Assembly (NCBI GenBank): GCA_001761425.1 | Contig: CP012986.1 | Span: 990,001 to 1,022,000 of the forward strand | DNA length: 32,000 bases | Origin: Candidatus Saccharimonadota bacterium | Lineage (GTDB): Archaea > Nanohalarchaeota > Nanosalinia > Nanosalinales > Nanosalinaceae | Direction: 5' to 3' | In this document: in pieces, positions 15,450 to 26,099 of the stretch | Layout of the letters: every line of letters begins with the position of its first letter | Numbering within the stretch: the first letter of the stretch is position 1 | The notes under the pieces: model-generated | Database searches by the model: none | The model's input: the letters and a program-made list of their open reading frames with translations, nothing else | What the model was told of the DNA's origin: nothing | Translations under genes and position numbers: made by a program

Positions 15450-16907
15450 ATGAATGAAGAATTCCTAGAGCAGTTGATCCAGAAGAATCTTGTAAAACAC
15501 CAGATTGAGTCCTATAATCGTTTTGTTGAGGAGAGGATTCAGGCGATTTTAAATGAGGTTGGAAGTATTGAGCCTGAGCTTCCTGACGGTGAGGATCTTG
15601 TTATCAAGATTGTAAGCGTAGATATCAGGAGGCCTAAGATTCATGAGGCGGATGGTTCTGTCCGAGAGATCACGCCTAGAGAGGCCCGTATGCGTGATTT
15701 GACTTATTCTTCGGAGATCAAGGTCGAGATGACACCTATTTTTGAGGGAGTTAAGCAGGATACTGAAGAGGTTACTATTGGAGAGATCCCGGTTATGGTC
15801 GGTTCTGACCTGTGCTGGACTTCTGAGTGGGACGAAGAGGAGATGAGAGCAAATGGCGAAGATCCTAAGGATCCAGGAGGTTACTTCCTGATCAATGGAG
15901 CCGAGAAAACTCTTATCGCTATGGAAGAGCTTGCGAACAACAAGCCAGTTTATCAGAAGGACGGTGAAGAGGAGAAATGCCGTATCAACTCCGAGAACGA
16001 GGGATATGTTCAGAGACATGTTCTCAGAAGGGATAAGGATATTGTAAACATAAGCTTCGCTAACGTGAAGAAGACTCCAGCTATCGCACTTGTCAGAGCT
16101 CTCGGTTACGAGACAGACAAGGAAATTGTAGAGTCTATCGGAGAGGAGTACTCTTCAGATGTTTACCTCAACCTGTACGAAGTTGATGCTTCAAACCAGG
16201 AAGAGGCCTTTGAGTACGTTGCAAATCAGGCAGGAATCACTTCTGACGTTGAGGAAAGGGTAGAGAGCATCTTGGACGAATATCTTCTTCCTCACTTGGG
16301 GCAGGAACCTGGAGCTAGAGAAGAGAAAGCGGAGTTCCTTACGAATATGATCCGGAACACTATCGCCCTCGGAAAAGGAGATATTGAAGAGGACGATATC
16401 GACCACTACGCGAACAAGAGACTGAACCTCTCGGGAGAGCTACTTGAGATGCAGTTCAGATCCGTTTTCCTCGGTAAGTGGGGACTGGTCGCACGTATGA
16501 AGTACAACTTCCAGAAATCTGCAAAGAGAGGAAGACTTCCTTCCCTCCAGAGTACAATCGTTGCAGACACCCTGACGAAGCAGATAATGGGAGCCATGGC
16601 GACAGGAAACTGGGTAGGAGGAAGAACAGGAATCTGTCAGAGCCTGGAAAGAAACAACAGGATCAAAACACTGAGCCACCTCAGAAACGTCAACTCGCCA
16701 CTTAGCGCGGACAGACAGCACTTTGAGGCAAGAGACCTTCACCCAACACACTGGGGAAGAATCTGTCCGATCAAGACCCCGGAAGGTATGAACATCGGAC
16801 TGCGCACACACCTCGCTATGTCAGCAAACGTCTCTACAGGAATGAGCGAGATGAAGAAGAACTCACTCAAGGCAAAGCTGGAAGAGGTAGGGATTGACGC
16901 AAGATAA
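15450..16907 (+). CDS. rpoB2: DNA-directed RNA polymerase subunit B''
   Basis: 485 aa. N-terminal half of RpoB (HQIESYNRF, then GYFLINGAEK, then HPTHWGRICPIKTPEG). Confidence 0.95.
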   Translation: MNEEFLEQLIQKNLVKHQIESYNRFVEERIQAILNEVGSIEPELPDGEDLVIKIVSVDIRRPKIHEADGSVREITPREARMRDLTYSSEIKVEMTPIFEGVKQDTEEVTIGEIPVMVGSDLCWTSEWDEEEMRANGEDPKDPGGYFLINGAEKTLIAMEELANNKPVYQKDGEEEKCRINSENEGYVQRHVLRRDKDIVNISFANVKKTPAIALVRALGYETDKEIVESIGEEYSSDVYLNLYEVDASNQEEAFEYVANQAGITSDVEERVESILDEYLLPHLGQEPGAREEKAEFLTNMIRNTIALGKGDIEEDDIDHYANKRLNLSGELLEMQFRSVFLGKWGLVARMKYNFQKSAKRGRLPSLQSTIVADTLTKQIMGAMATGNWVGGRTGICQSLERNNRIKTLSHLRNVNSPLSADRQHFEARDLHPTHWGRICPIKTPEGMNIGLRTHLAMSANVSTGMSEMKKNSLKAKLEEVGIDAR

Positions 16908-16918
16908 AGGTGAACAAG

Positions 16919-16996
16919 ATGAAAATCAATACTATGACTGAAGAACTGGAAACAAAAGTTACAAAACTAAAAAAGGCCTTCAAAGGTGTTTTCTAG
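16919..16996 (+). CDS. candidate 25-codon micro-ORF bridging rpoB'' and rpoB'
   Basis: AGGTGA (16908-16913) lies 5 nt before ATG 16919. The product is MKINTMTEELETKVTKLKKAFKGVF. Its stop TAG (16994-16996) directly abuts the rpoB' ATG at 16997. Confidence 0.25.
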   Translation: MKINTMTEELETKVTKLKKAFKGVF

Positions 16997-18796
16997 ATGA
17001 CAGATGTATTCTTAGACGGTGAGATTCTCGGAGAGATCGACGACCCTTCTGAAGTTAGACATCAGCTGATTGATAAGAGACGAGAGGGAGATATCGGCAA
17101 GGAAATCTGTGTCCACTACGCAGAGGACAAGGATGAGGTCAGGATTAATTCAGACTCTGGAAGAGTTCTGAGGCCTGTCATCATCGTTGAAGATGGAGAA
17201 GCTCTTCTCAGCGAGGAAGATATGCAGGAACTGACCGAGGGAGAAATCTCTCTAGAAGATCTTGAGGACGAAGGTAAGATCGAGTACATGGACGCTGAGG
17301 AAGAGGAAAACGCCTATGTGGCCATGGACCGAAGCGAAATCACCGATGAGCATACTCACCTCGAGATCGATTCAGAGATTATCAATGGACTCTCTGCTTC
17401 ACTAGTAGTCTACCCCGAGCATAACAGAGGAGACCGTGTGAACTTCGGAGCCAAGATGTCCGGACAGGGCCTTGGAATGCCGACGAGAGAGTTCCACCAG
17501 AGATTTGATACGCGTGAAAACGTCCTGACATACGGACAGACCCCTATCGTTACTACAAACACTTTCGATACTATTCTGGGAGACCATCCAATCGGACAGA
17601 ACATGGTGATCGCCCTCGGTTCCTTCGATGGATACAACATCGAGGACGCAGTTATCATGAACGAATCCTCAATGCATAGAGGAATGGGGCGTTCTACATA
17701 CATGAGAACGTATCAGACAGAAGCCCAGCGTTTCTGGGGAGGCCAGAAAGACGAGATCGAAGTCCCTGACAAAGACGTCAGAGGATACAGACGTGAAGAG
17801 GCCTACCAGCATCTGGATCAGGACGGCATCGCAAATCCTGAGACAGAAGTCGACTCAGATGATGTTCTGGTCGGCAAGACTTCTCCTCCAAAATTCCTTG
17901 GTTCTGGAGGCGGAGAAGAGGTCAAGATGGGCCTCGCGGACAGAAGAGAGACCTCCCTGACCGTAAGACACGGTGAACAGGGTAAAGTTGACAAGGTTCT
18001 TGTCTCTGAGACCGGCGATGGGGACAAACTGATCAAGATGAAGATGAGAGAATACAGAGTCCCAGAGCTTGGAGACAAGTTCGCTACAAGACACGGACAG
18101 AAGGGAACAGTTGGAATGCTTGTGTCTGAGGAAAACATGCCTTTCACAAGACAGGGAATTACTCCGGATATGATTCTTTCGACTCACGCTATCCCAAGCC
18201 GTATGACAGTGTCACAGATTATCGAGCTTCTTGCCGGCAAGGTCGGAGCTCTAAGAGGAGAACCTGTGGACGGTTCAGCTTACCACAATGAATCCAAAGA
18301 CGAGATGAAAGAACAGTTAGAGGAACTCGGATTCCAGTCTTCAGGTAAAGAAAAGATGTACAACGGCCTAACAGGACAAGAAATGGACGCAGAGATCATG
18401 ATCGGTCCAGGATACTACCTGAAGCTAAGTCACATGGTTGGAGACAAGGTCCATGCAAGAGCACGCGGGCCGGTAACACTTCTTACAAAACAGCCAACAG
18501 AAGGCCGCTCGCAGGAAGGAGGCCTCAGGCTTGGAGAGATGGAAAAAGACGTCTTCGTGGGGCATGGAGCTTCTCTGCTGCTTAAGGAAAGATTCGGTGC
18601 GGACAGTACCGAGATCAAGGTCTGTGAGAACTGCGGTGAGATAGCCGTTGAGGACCGGGAGGAAAACAGGACTTACTGTCCAAACTGTGACTCATCAGAT
18701 GTTGGAGAGTCAGAGATCCCACATGCCTTCCTCTTATTGATGAACGAGTTGAAATCCATGATGATGGATACAGAGCTTGATCTGGAGGAAGAATAG
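16997..18796 (+). CDS. rpoB1: DNA-directed RNA polymerase subunit B'
   Basis: 599 aa. C-terminal half of RpoB (GDKFATRHGQKGT, then LGEMEKD, then a C-terminal Zn ribbon CENCG...CPNC). Confidence 0.95.
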   Translation: MTDVFLDGEILGEIDDPSEVRHQLIDKRREGDIGKEICVHYAEDKDEVRINSDSGRVLRPVIIVEDGEALLSEEDMQELTEGEISLEDLEDEGKIEYMDAEEEENAYVAMDRSEITDEHTHLEIDSEIINGLSASLVVYPEHNRGDRVNFGAKMSGQGLGMPTREFHQRFDTRENVLTYGQTPIVTTNTFDTILGDHPIGQNMVIALGSFDGYNIEDAVIMNESSMHRGMGRSTYMRTYQTEAQRFWGGQKDEIEVPDKDVRGYRREEAYQHLDQDGIANPETEVDSDDVLVGKTSPPKFLGSGGGEEVKMGLADRRETSLTVRHGEQGKVDKVLVSETGDGDKLIKMKMREYRVPELGDKFATRHGQKGTVGMLVSEENMPFTRQGITPDMILSTHAIPSRMTVSQIIELLAGKVGALRGEPVDGSAYHNESKDEMKEQLEELGFQSSGKEKMYNGLTGQEMDAEIMIGPGYYLKLSHMVGDKVHARARGPVTLLTKQPTEGRSQEGGLRLGEMEKDVFVGHGASLLLKERFGADSTEIKVCENCGEIAVEDREENRTYCPNCDSSDVGESEIPHAFLLLMNELKSMMMDTELDLEEE

Positions 18797-18807
18797 GTGA
18801 TCAAACA

Positions 18808-21273
18808 ATGGAAGATATAGACAAACTTGAGTTCGGCGTAATGAGTTCGGAAAAACTCCAGAAAATCGCAGTCAAGGAGATCGACAAGGCTGAAGTCTAC
18901 GACGCAGACGGATACCCTGTCGAAGACGGAGTGATGGACCCAGGCCTCGGAGTTATAGACCCAGGTATGACATGCCAGACCTGCGGAGGCCGTATCAGAG
19001 AATGTAAAGGCCACTTCGGCATCATCACACTATCCAAGCCAGTGGTCCACGTACTGTACGCTAAAAAAGTACGCGATCTTCTCAGATTCGCGTGTAAGGA
19101 ATGTCAGAGCCTTCTGATGAAGGACGAGGACAAGCCTTACAGAAAATCGAACAGAATGTCCGAATGCCCGGAATGTGGCTACGATGTAGAGGAAGTCAAA
19201 CTTGACAAGCCTTACAGCTACAGAGAAGGCGGAGAAGAACTGAAACCTACAGAGATAAGAGAAAGATTCAAGGAAATCCCCGACGATATCGCAGCAAAGA
19301 TAGGGATGGAAGGAGGAAGGCCTGAAGACCTTGTACTAACACACATCCCTGTTCCACCAGTGACGATGAGGCCTTCAATCACTCTTGAGACAGGAGAAAG
19401 AAGTGAGGACGATATCACTCACAAGCTTGTAGACGTCATCAGGATCAACAAAAGATTGCAGAATAACATCGAAATCGAGGCCCCGGACTTTATTATCGAC
19501 GATCTCTGGGAGCTACTGCAGTACCATACTGCGACGCTGTTTTACAACGATCTTTCAAGCGTTCCACCGGCAAGACACAGATCCGGTAGAAGCCTGAAGT
19601 CCCTTATCGAGAGGGTTCAGGGTAAGGAAGGTCGTTTCAGACAGAACCTGATCGGTAAACGTGTCAATTTCTCGGCAAGAACAGTAATTACACCGGACCC
19701 GAACATCGGGATTAACGAGGTAGGAGTTCCGGAAGTAGTAGCAGAGAAGATGACAATCCCGAAAAAGGTTACAGAGAGAAACTACGAAGAAGCTATGAAA
19801 TGGATCGACAACGGTCCAGACACTTTTCCAGGCGCTAACTACGTTTTCCAGCCAGACGGATCTAGAAGAAGGCTGACAGATGAGAACGTAGAAGAAATAA
19901 AAGAAGCTATAGAACCAGGATCAGGATGGAAAGTCGAGAGACATATCAAGGACGGCGACACAGTACTTTTCAACAGACAGCCAAGTCTCCACAGAATGTC
20001 AATCATGGCACACAAGGTAAGAGTACTGCCTTACAGAACATTCCGACTCAACCTGAACGTCTGTGCACCATACAACGCAGACTTCGACGGAGACGAAATG
20101 AACCTGCACGTCCCACAGACAGAAGAAGCACGTGCAGAAGCAGAAGAACTCATGCAGGTCCAGGAACACGTCAAATCCCCAAAGATGGGAGGACCGATTG
20201 TCGGCATGCTTCAGGACTACGTATCAGGACTATACCTGCTAACACAGGAAGACAAAACCGTCTCACGTGAAAAGGCCTTTAATCTTCTCGCAGACGCAGG
20301 AGAACACGACAAGGACCTTCCTGAGGGAGAGGAAGTCTCAGGAAGAGATCTTGTATCACTGTTCATCCCAGAAGACATCTCCCTGACGATCAACGAAGGC
20401 GAAGAAGATGAAGTAGTAATCGAGGAAGGAGAACTTGTCAAAGGAGTTCTAGACGACGACGCTGTATCAGACTACGGTGGAGAAATCATCCAGCAGCTGA
20501 AGATCGAATACGGAAGCGACATGGTAGCAGAGTTCCTCAACCGCGTCTCAAGAGTAGGAGCAATCTTCCTGACAAACAGAGGATTCAGTATAGGCCTCGA
20601 AGACCTTGAGGTACCTCAGGAAGCTACTGATCAGATCCATGATATTATCGACGAGGCCCTGGACGATGCTGAAGGCCTTCTTCAGGAATACGAACAGGGA
20701 AAAATGGAAGCGATCACAGGACAGACACTGGAAGATACCAGAGAGATCAAAGTCTCCAAAAGGCTTAACGAATCGTTCACAGAGATCGGAGACATCATTA
20801 ATGACTACTTCAGTGAAGAATCTTCCGCCTATGTCATGGCAGACTCAGGAGCAAGAGGTTCCATGCAGAACGTCACAACAATGGCAGGTATGCTTGGACA
20901 GAACTCTGTCCGTGACACAAGGATCGAGAGAGGCTACAAGAAGAGAACCCTAAGCCATTTCAAGAAAGGAGAACTCTCACCGAAGTCCAAAGGCTTTGTA
21001 GGAAGCAGCATTATCGAAGGCCTTGACGCACAGGAAATGTTTTTCCATCAAATGGCTCAGAGAAAGGCCCTCGCCGACAAGTCTCTTAACACGAAGACTT
21101 CCGGATACATGTACAGGCGTGTTTCGAACGCGCTTCAGGACTTGACAGTCGAATACGATCAGACTGTAAGGAACGCTCAGGGAGACATCGTCCAGTTCAG
21201 AGCTGGAGAAGACGGAGTTGATCCACAGAAATCGGACAGAGGAGTAATATCCACAAACATCAGTACCAATTAG
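18808..21273 (+). CDS. rpoA1: DNA-directed RNA polymerase subunit A'
   Basis: 821 aa. Zn motifs CQTCGG and CKGHFG, and catalytic [10 protein letters not shown]. Shine-Dalgarno AGGTGA lies 7 nt upstream of the ATG. Confidence 0.95.
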   Translation: MEDIDKLEFGVMSSEKLQKIAVKEIDKAEVYDADGYPVEDGVMDPGLGVIDPGMTCQTCGGRIRECKGHFGIITLSKPVVHVLYAKKVRDLLRFACKECQSLLMKDEDKPYRKSNRMSECPECGYDVEEVKLDKPYSYREGGEELKPTEIRERFKEIPDDIAAKIGMEGGRPEDLVLTHIPVPPVTMRPSITLETGERSEDDITHKLVDVIRINKRLQNNIEIEAPDFIIDDLWELLQYHTATLFYNDLSSVPPARHRSGRSLKSLIERVQGKEGRFRQNLIGKRVNFSARTVITPDPNIGINEVGVPEVVAEKMTIPKKVTERNYEEAMKWIDNGPDTFPGANYVFQPDGSRRRLTDENVEEIKEAIEPGSGWKVERHIKDGDTVLFNRQPSLHRMSIMAHKVRVLPYRTFRLNLNVCAPYNADFDGDEMNLHVPQTEEARAEAEELMQVQEHVKSPKMGGPIVGMLQDYVSGLYLLTQEDKTVSREKAFNLLADAGEHDKDLPEGEEVSGRDLVSLFIPEDISLTINEGEEDEVVIEEGELVKGVLDDDAVSDYGGEIIQQLKIEYGSDMVAEFLNRVSRVGAIFLTNRGFSIGLEDLEVPQEATDQIHDIIDEALDDAEGLLQEYEQGKMEAITGQTLEDTREIKVSKRLNESFTEIGDIINDYFSEESSAYVMADSGARGSMQNVTTMAGMLGQNSVRDTRIERGYKKRTLSHFKKGELSPKSKGFVGSSIIEGLDAQEMFFHQMAQRKALADKSLNTKTSGYMYRRVSNALQDLTVEYDQTVRNAQGDIVQFRAGEDGVDPQKSDRGVISTNISTN

Positions 21274-21282
21274 GTGACCAAA

Positions 21283-21345
21283 ATGACGAAATTCGAAGAA
21301 GACAAATTTCTGGCATTCCAGAAAACACAGGGTGTTTCGGAATAA
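21283..21345 (+). CDS. candidate 20-codon micro-ORF bridging rpoA' and rpoA''
   Basis: AGGTGA (21272-21277) overlaps the rpoA' stop and lies 5 nt before ATG 21283. The product is [20 protein letters not shown]. Its stop TAA (21343-21345) overlaps the rpoA'' ATG (21345-21347) as TAATG. Confidence 0.25.
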   Translation: MTKFEEDKFLAFQKTQGVSE

Positions 21346-22460
21346 TGACAGAAGAATTCAGTTGGAAAGAACGGGCAAAGGAACTGCCTGAAAAATATCA
21401 AGGCCTTGACCTTGACAGTGAAACTCAGGAAAAACTAGAGGAAAGATATGAGCAGATGCAGTACGAGCCCGGTGAAGCTATCGGCATCGTCGCCGCACAG
21501 TCTCTGTCCGAGCCAGCTACACAGCTGACTATGGAGACGTACCACCAAGCTGGTGGTGCACAGGTCGACCTGACCGCAGGCCTTCCACGTCTGATCGAGA
21601 TCGTTGACGCACGCAGAGAGCCTGATACACCTTCTATGGAGGTTTACCTCACGGACGAGTATGACAGTGAGGAAGATGCAAAGAACTTAGCAAGGAAGCT
21701 GAGGGAGATCAAGTTCGAGAACCTGGTGAAACAGGATACCATCGACATCATGCAGCTTGAAGTCGAATACGTACTGAACGAAGATCTTCTCGGCGACTAC
21801 AATGTCGACATGTCTGATGTCAAGACCCGTGTACAGGACGAGGTCAGGAAGGCAAAGATCAGTATCGATGGAAACAAAGTCACCCTGACATCCTCGGAAG
21901 ACGATTACGATCTAAGAGATCTCAAAGATCTCAAAAACGACACTGAAGAGGCCCGTATTAAAGGCCTGAAAGGTATCGAACAGGTTGTCATAAACGAGAA
22001 AGACGGCGAATGGATGCTTCAGACAGCCGGAACTGCTTTGAGAAAGACCTTGAAGATGGAGGAGATCGACAGTACCAGGACTACTTCCAACCATCTTTTC
22101 GAGATCAAACGTGTTCTAGGTGTAGAGGCCTTGAGGCGCAAAATCATCGATGAGACCAACTCCACTCTGGAAAAACAGGGTATTGGAATCGATGACAGGC
22201 ACGTCATGCTTCTCGCAGATATGATGACAAAGGACGGAGAGCTTAACGGTACGACACGTTACGGTATCGTTGGAAATAAGGAATCCATGATCGCACGTTC
22301 CGTCTTCGAGGAGACAAAGAAGCATCTGCGTGAAGGAACACTTCGTGGAGAGGAAGATCCTCTTGACGGCGTTGTAGAAAACATCGTCACCGGTCAGCCT
22401 GTCCCAGTCGGTACTGGAGCAGTCGACCTCAAGCCAAAGTTCAATCCTGACAGCGAGTAA
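21345..22460 (+). CDS. rpoA2: DNA-directed RNA polymerase subunit A''
   Basis: 371 aa. [25 protein letters not shown], and the trigger-loop region is conserved. Confidence 0.95.
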   Translation: MTEEFSWKERAKELPEKYQGLDLDSETQEKLEERYEQMQYEPGEAIGIVAAQSLSEPATQLTMETYHQAGGAQVDLTAGLPRLIEIVDARREPDTPSMEVYLTDEYDSEEDAKNLARKLREIKFENLVKQDTIDIMQLEVEYVLNEDLLGDYNVDMSDVKTRVQDEVRKAKISIDGNKVTLTSSEDDYDLRDLKDLKNDTEEARIKGLKGIEQVVINEKDGEWMLQTAGTALRKTLKMEEIDSTRTTSNHLFEIKRVLGVEALRRKIIDETNSTLEKQGIGIDDRHVMLLADMMTKDGELNGTTRYGIVGNKESMIARSVFEETKKHLREGTLRGEEDPLDGVVENIVTGQPVPVGTGAVDLKPKFNPDSE

Positions 22461-22575
22461 AAAACCTCATATCCATTCCTCATATTTCTATCTTTATTCT
22501 CTTCCTCTATAACCCAGTTAACTCCGGGTAAAGAGGCCTTTTACAGCTTGCTCGGAAATCCCGAACACCGGCCCC

Positions 22576-22584
22576 TTTATAAAA
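22576..22584 (+). promoter_or_regulatory. TATA-like TTTATAAAA upstream of nusA
   Basis: The only strong TATA-like element in the 181-nt gap between rpoA'' and nusA. It lies about 60 nt before ATG 22642. Confidence 0.3.
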
Positions 22585-22641
22585 TCTGGGTACGTTTTAA
22601 CGTAATACAGACTTAACAGATAAAGTTTCTAACGTGATAAT

Positions 22642-23064
22642 ATGGCAACAGCGACTTATGACACAGAAATGATCCGCACGATCAACATGTTCGAATCGAT
22701 CACGGATGTCGAGGCAAGAGACTGCCTGATCAAAGACGAAGAAGCCTACTTCATCGTACCTGAAGGAAAAGCAGGAATGGCGATCGGAAAAGGAGGAAAG
22801 ATCGTTCAAAAGGTACAGGACCAGCTAGGTAAAGACGTCAAGATCTACGAGTACAACGACAACCTCGGAGCTTTCATCAACAATCTCGTACCGACAGACC
22901 TCAGAGGAGTAGACATCAAAGAAGAAAACGGACACAAAACAGTTACAATCAGCGTCCCAAGAGACAACAAAGGCAGAGTAGTCGGAAAAGACGGCAGCAA
23001 GATCGACTCCATCAGAGACATCCTCGCACGAACACACAACGTCGACGACGTAACAGTCGAATAA
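22642..23064 (+). CDS. nusA: archaeal NusA-like transcription factor (two KH domains)
   Basis: 140 aa. GKGGKIVQKV and GRVVGKDGSKI are GXXG KH motifs. It occupies the conserved position after the rpoA genes. Confidence 0.85.
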   Translation: MATATYDTEMIRTINMFESITDVEARDCLIKDEEAYFIVPEGKAGMAIGKGGKIVQKVQDQLGKDVKIYEYNDNLGAFINNLVPTDLRGVDIKEENGHKTVTISVPRDNKGRVVGKDGSKIDSIRDILARTHNVDDVTVE

Positions 23065-23202
23065 TAGACGTTTCTTCACGCGGATCAAACAGCACCTTCA
23101 AAAAGTTCTCACAGAGGCCAAGTCTAACCTTATCCAGAAAGGCCTACAGACTATCCGCATCTATCACCTTTTTGTTTACCGAAAACATAGTCTAGAATAC
23201 GG

Positions 23203-24786
23203 ATGAGAAAAAACCCGGTGAAACAGGATATAGCGGACGTACAGAGACTTCAGGAGATAATTTCAATACTGGCGGAAAATGAGGCCTCACATCTGGTAAA
23301 GAAACTAGGCCTATCCTCCTACATGTCAGCCCGTCACAGGCATAAAAGCGAGAAACCTTCTCCAGAAAGACTTAGAGAAGTTCTTGAAGAACTGGGACCT
23401 ACATTCATCAAATTCGGACAGATAATGGCCCAGAGACCTGACCTCGTACCGGAGAAATATATAGAAGAACTGGAGAAACTTGAGGACAATGTAAAGGCCT
23501 TTCCAAGCGAAGAAGCCAAGGAGATAGTTGACAGAGAGATAGGCCTTGAAACTTTCGATGATTTCACTGAAGAGCCTGTCGCAGCTGCCTCTATCGCACA
23601 GGTTCATGAGGCCTGGCTCAACGGCGAAAAAGTAGCAGTCAAGGTCCGGAGACCTGGTATCAAGGACCAGATGACTACAGATCTTGATCTGATGAAATTC
23701 ATGGCTTCGAAAGGCGAACAGCATTCTGAGAAACTGAATAAGGTTAAGATAACCAAGATAGTCGATGAGTTCGCGGAATGGACCCTGGACGAGCTGGATC
23801 TGGAGAAAGAAGCAAGTAACGCGGAGACATTCCAGAGAAACCTTGAAGACGAGGAGAACGTAAAGGTACCAGATGTCTACCCGGAACATACTACACAGAA
23901 AGTTCTCGTGATGGAGTTCGTAGACGGTACTAAATGCACGAACGATGAGAGGATAGACGAGCTGGATCTTGATCGGAAGATGATTGCCGAAACAGGTATC
24001 AGAGCAGGCCTCAAACAGACAATAAGAGATGGTTTCTTCCACGCAGATCCTCATCCCTCCAACTTCCTGATACAGGAAGACAACACCTTTGTATACCTAG
24101 ATTTCGGTATGATGGGAACTATCTCGCCCAAGACCAAGGACCAAATGGGCCTCATCCTGATGCACACTCTGAACGAGGATATAGAAGGTGCGATGTCACT
24201 GATCCGGGACATGGCCTATGTGGAGGAAAATGCGGACTTCGAAGGCCTGAAACAGGATATCGAGCAGAAGATGCTGGAACTCAGAAACTCAAGTTTGAAA
24301 GATAACAGTATAACATCTTTAATGCTTGAGATAACAGTCAGTGCCTCACAGAAAGGAATTCACATGCCATCTTCATTTGTCCTGATGGGAAAGACCCTTC
24401 TAACTCTAGAGTCGGTAGGCCTGGCGATTTACCCACAGTTCAAGATGAGGGAAGAATATACTAAGATGGCGCAGAAGATGCTGTTGAAGAACAATCAGCC
24501 CAAAGATCTGATACAGTCACTAGCCATTGACCTAATCCAGAACAAAGAACTGATTTCCAAAGCACCCAGCAAAATCAGTCAAACGATAGACAGCATCAAC
24601 CAGAAACAGAGAAAAGAGATAATACATGAAAAGGCCTCGGACAACAAGAAAGCTGTCATCGTCGCAGGCCTTCTTATCTCCGCAGCAATATTCGCGGTAA
24701 ACTCTCCTATACCTTCTTCAATTATAACCCTTATCACGGTTACAGAGATCATACTAGCCTTTTTTCTGATGAATGAGGCCCTCTAA
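23203..24786 (+). CDS. ABC1/UbiB-family atypical protein kinase with a C-terminal membrane anchor
   Basis: LGPTFIKFGQIMAQRPDLVP, then AAASIAQVHEA, then VAVKVRRPG, then HADPHPSNF. Hydrophobic C-terminus. Confidence 0.8.
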   Translation: MRKNPVKQDIADVQRLQEIISILAENEASHLVKKLGLSSYMSARHRHKSEKPSPERLREVLEELGPTFIKFGQIMAQRPDLVPEKYIEELEKLEDNVKAFPSEEAKEIVDREIGLETFDDFTEEPVAAASIAQVHEAWLNGEKVAVKVRRPGIKDQMTTDLDLMKFMASKGEQHSEKLNKVKITKIVDEFAEWTLDELDLEKEASNAETFQRNLEDEENVKVPDVYPEHTTQKVLVMEFVDGTKCTNDERIDELDLDRKMIAETGIRAGLKQTIRDGFFHADPHPSNFLIQEDNTFVYLDFGMMGTISPKTKDQMGLILMHTLNEDIEGAMSLIRDMAYVEENADFEGLKQDIEQKMLELRNSSLKDNSITSLMLEITVSASQKGIHMPSSFVLMGKTLLTLESVGLAIYPQFKMREEYTKMAQKMLLKNNQPKDLIQSLAIDLIQNKELISKAPSKISQTIDSINQKQRKEIIHEKASDNKKAVIVAGLLISAAIFAVNSPIPSSIITLITVTEIILAFFLMNEAL

Positions 24787-24834
24787 CATCTACCCTGAAA
24801 TATGTATAAAGGCCTCTGCCTAGGGGGAAGTGGG

Positions 24835-24842
24835 TATAAAAA
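24835..24842 (+). promoter_or_regulatory. TATA box TATAAAAA for leaderless rps12
   Basis: Centred about 30 nt upstream of ATG 24869. A second TATAAA lies at 24805-24810. Confidence 0.4.
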
Positions 24843-24868
24843 GGTTAACTTCGATTTCTGTGTTACGT

Positions 24869-25291
24869 ATGGGACTGTACAACGCACGTAAAATGAGGAA
24901 GAAACGCCAGCAGTATCGCTGGAGTGACAAGGATTACAAGAGAAGAATGCTTAACTTGAAGGAGAAGGCAGACCCACTTGAAGGATCTCCACAGGGTCGT
25001 GGAATTGTACTGGAAAAACGTATTATCGAGGCCAAGCAGCCTAACTCTGCACTGAGAAAGTGTGTGCGTGTACAGCTTCTTAAAAACGGTAAACAGTTGA
25101 CTGCTTTCGTTCCAGGAGACGGAGCGATCGATCATATCGACGAGCACGACGAAGTACTGATTGAAGGTATCGGAGGAGCAGACTCCGGACCTAAGGGAGA
25201 TATCCCGACAGTACGTTACAAAGTCATCAAGGTGAATGGTGTTTCACTTGAACAGCTCGTCGCTGGAGAACAGCAGAAGCCAACGAGGTAA
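24869..25291 (+). CDS. rps12: 30S ribosomal protein S12 (uS12)
   Basis: [20 protein letters not shown], then [16 protein letters not shown] chose ATG 24869 over the GTG at 24830 in the ORF track because it matches the family N-terminus and the TATA spacing. Confidence 0.9.
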   Translation: MGLYNARKMRKKRQQYRWSDKDYKRRMLNLKEKADPLEGSPQGRGIVLEKRIIEAKQPNSALRKCVRVQLLKNGKQLTAFVPGDGAIDHIDEHDEVLIEGIGGADSGPKGDIPTVRYKVIKVNGVSLEQLVAGEQQKPTR

Positions 25292-25297
25292 TCATTA

Positions 25298-25927
25298 ATG
25301 ACAGATTCAGCAGCAAAGCTCGACCTGGAAGACGAACTCCTTACAATGGGCAAATGGGATGCATCAGAAGCCACAGTATCCGATGACGGACTGGTAAGAT
25401 ACATCAGTCTTGAAAACATCCTTGCACCAAGATCAAAAGGAAGACACGTCGAGAAACAGTTCTACAAGGCAGACGTCCCGATCGTAGAAAGACTTCTCAA
25501 CAGGCTCTACGTCGCAGGACACAGAGGACAGAAACACTACATCACATCCGGAATCAACACCGGAGACAGCGAAAAACTCTGGAACGTAATCGAAGACGCC
25601 TTCGAAATGATAGAGGAAGAGACCGGCGAAAACCCAATCCAGGTACTCGTCGACGCAATCGAAAACTCCTCACCAACCGAAGAAGTAGTAACATACCAGA
25701 GAGGAGGAGCCAGAGCAAGAAAAGCAGTACTTGTAAGCCCACAGAGAAGAGTCGACCTCGCACTCCGCTTAATAGCACAGGGCGCATACGAAAAAAGACT
25801 CACAGACCCTGACTCAGCAGCAGAAACACTCGCCAACGAAATCTCACAGGCAGCCAACGGCAACAACGACATCAGAGCAGTCAGAGAAAAGGAAAGAAGA
25901 GAAAGAGAAGCAGAAGGCGCACGATAA
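25298..25927 (+). CDS. rps7: 30S ribosomal protein S7 (uS7)
   Basis: 209 aa with a C-terminal REKERREREAEGAR tail. Conserved position after rps12. Confidence 0.9.
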   Translation: MTDSAAKLDLEDELLTMGKWDASEATVSDDGLVRYISLENILAPRSKGRHVEKQFYKADVPIVERLLNRLYVAGHRGQKHYITSGINTGDSEKLWNVIEDAFEMIEEETGENPIQVLVDAIENSSPTEEVVTYQRGGARARKAVLVSPQRRVDLALRLIAQGAYEKRLTDPDSAAETLANEISQAANGNNDIRAVREKERREREAEGAR

Positions 25928-26011
25928 GGCCTTCAACCCTTTCTTCCAAATTTCCCCATCACATATCCACTTTTTCCAGTTTACTTTTCGCCATTTAACT
26001 CATAATGTTTC

Positions 26012-26037
26012 AGGCCTCAATACTGTATTAGAGGCCT
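26012..26037. terminator. hairpin built from two AGGCCT copies downstream of rps7
   Basis: AGGCCTC (26012-26018) pairs with GAGGCCT (26031-26037). AATA/TATT adds 4 bp after a 1-nt bulge. The loop is 3 nt. Confidence 0.3.
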
Positions 26038-26099
26038 TCTAAATCCATGACACAAAACGAAAGATTCTGTCCCAAGCCGAAAACCGGAGGTTTTCTGAT

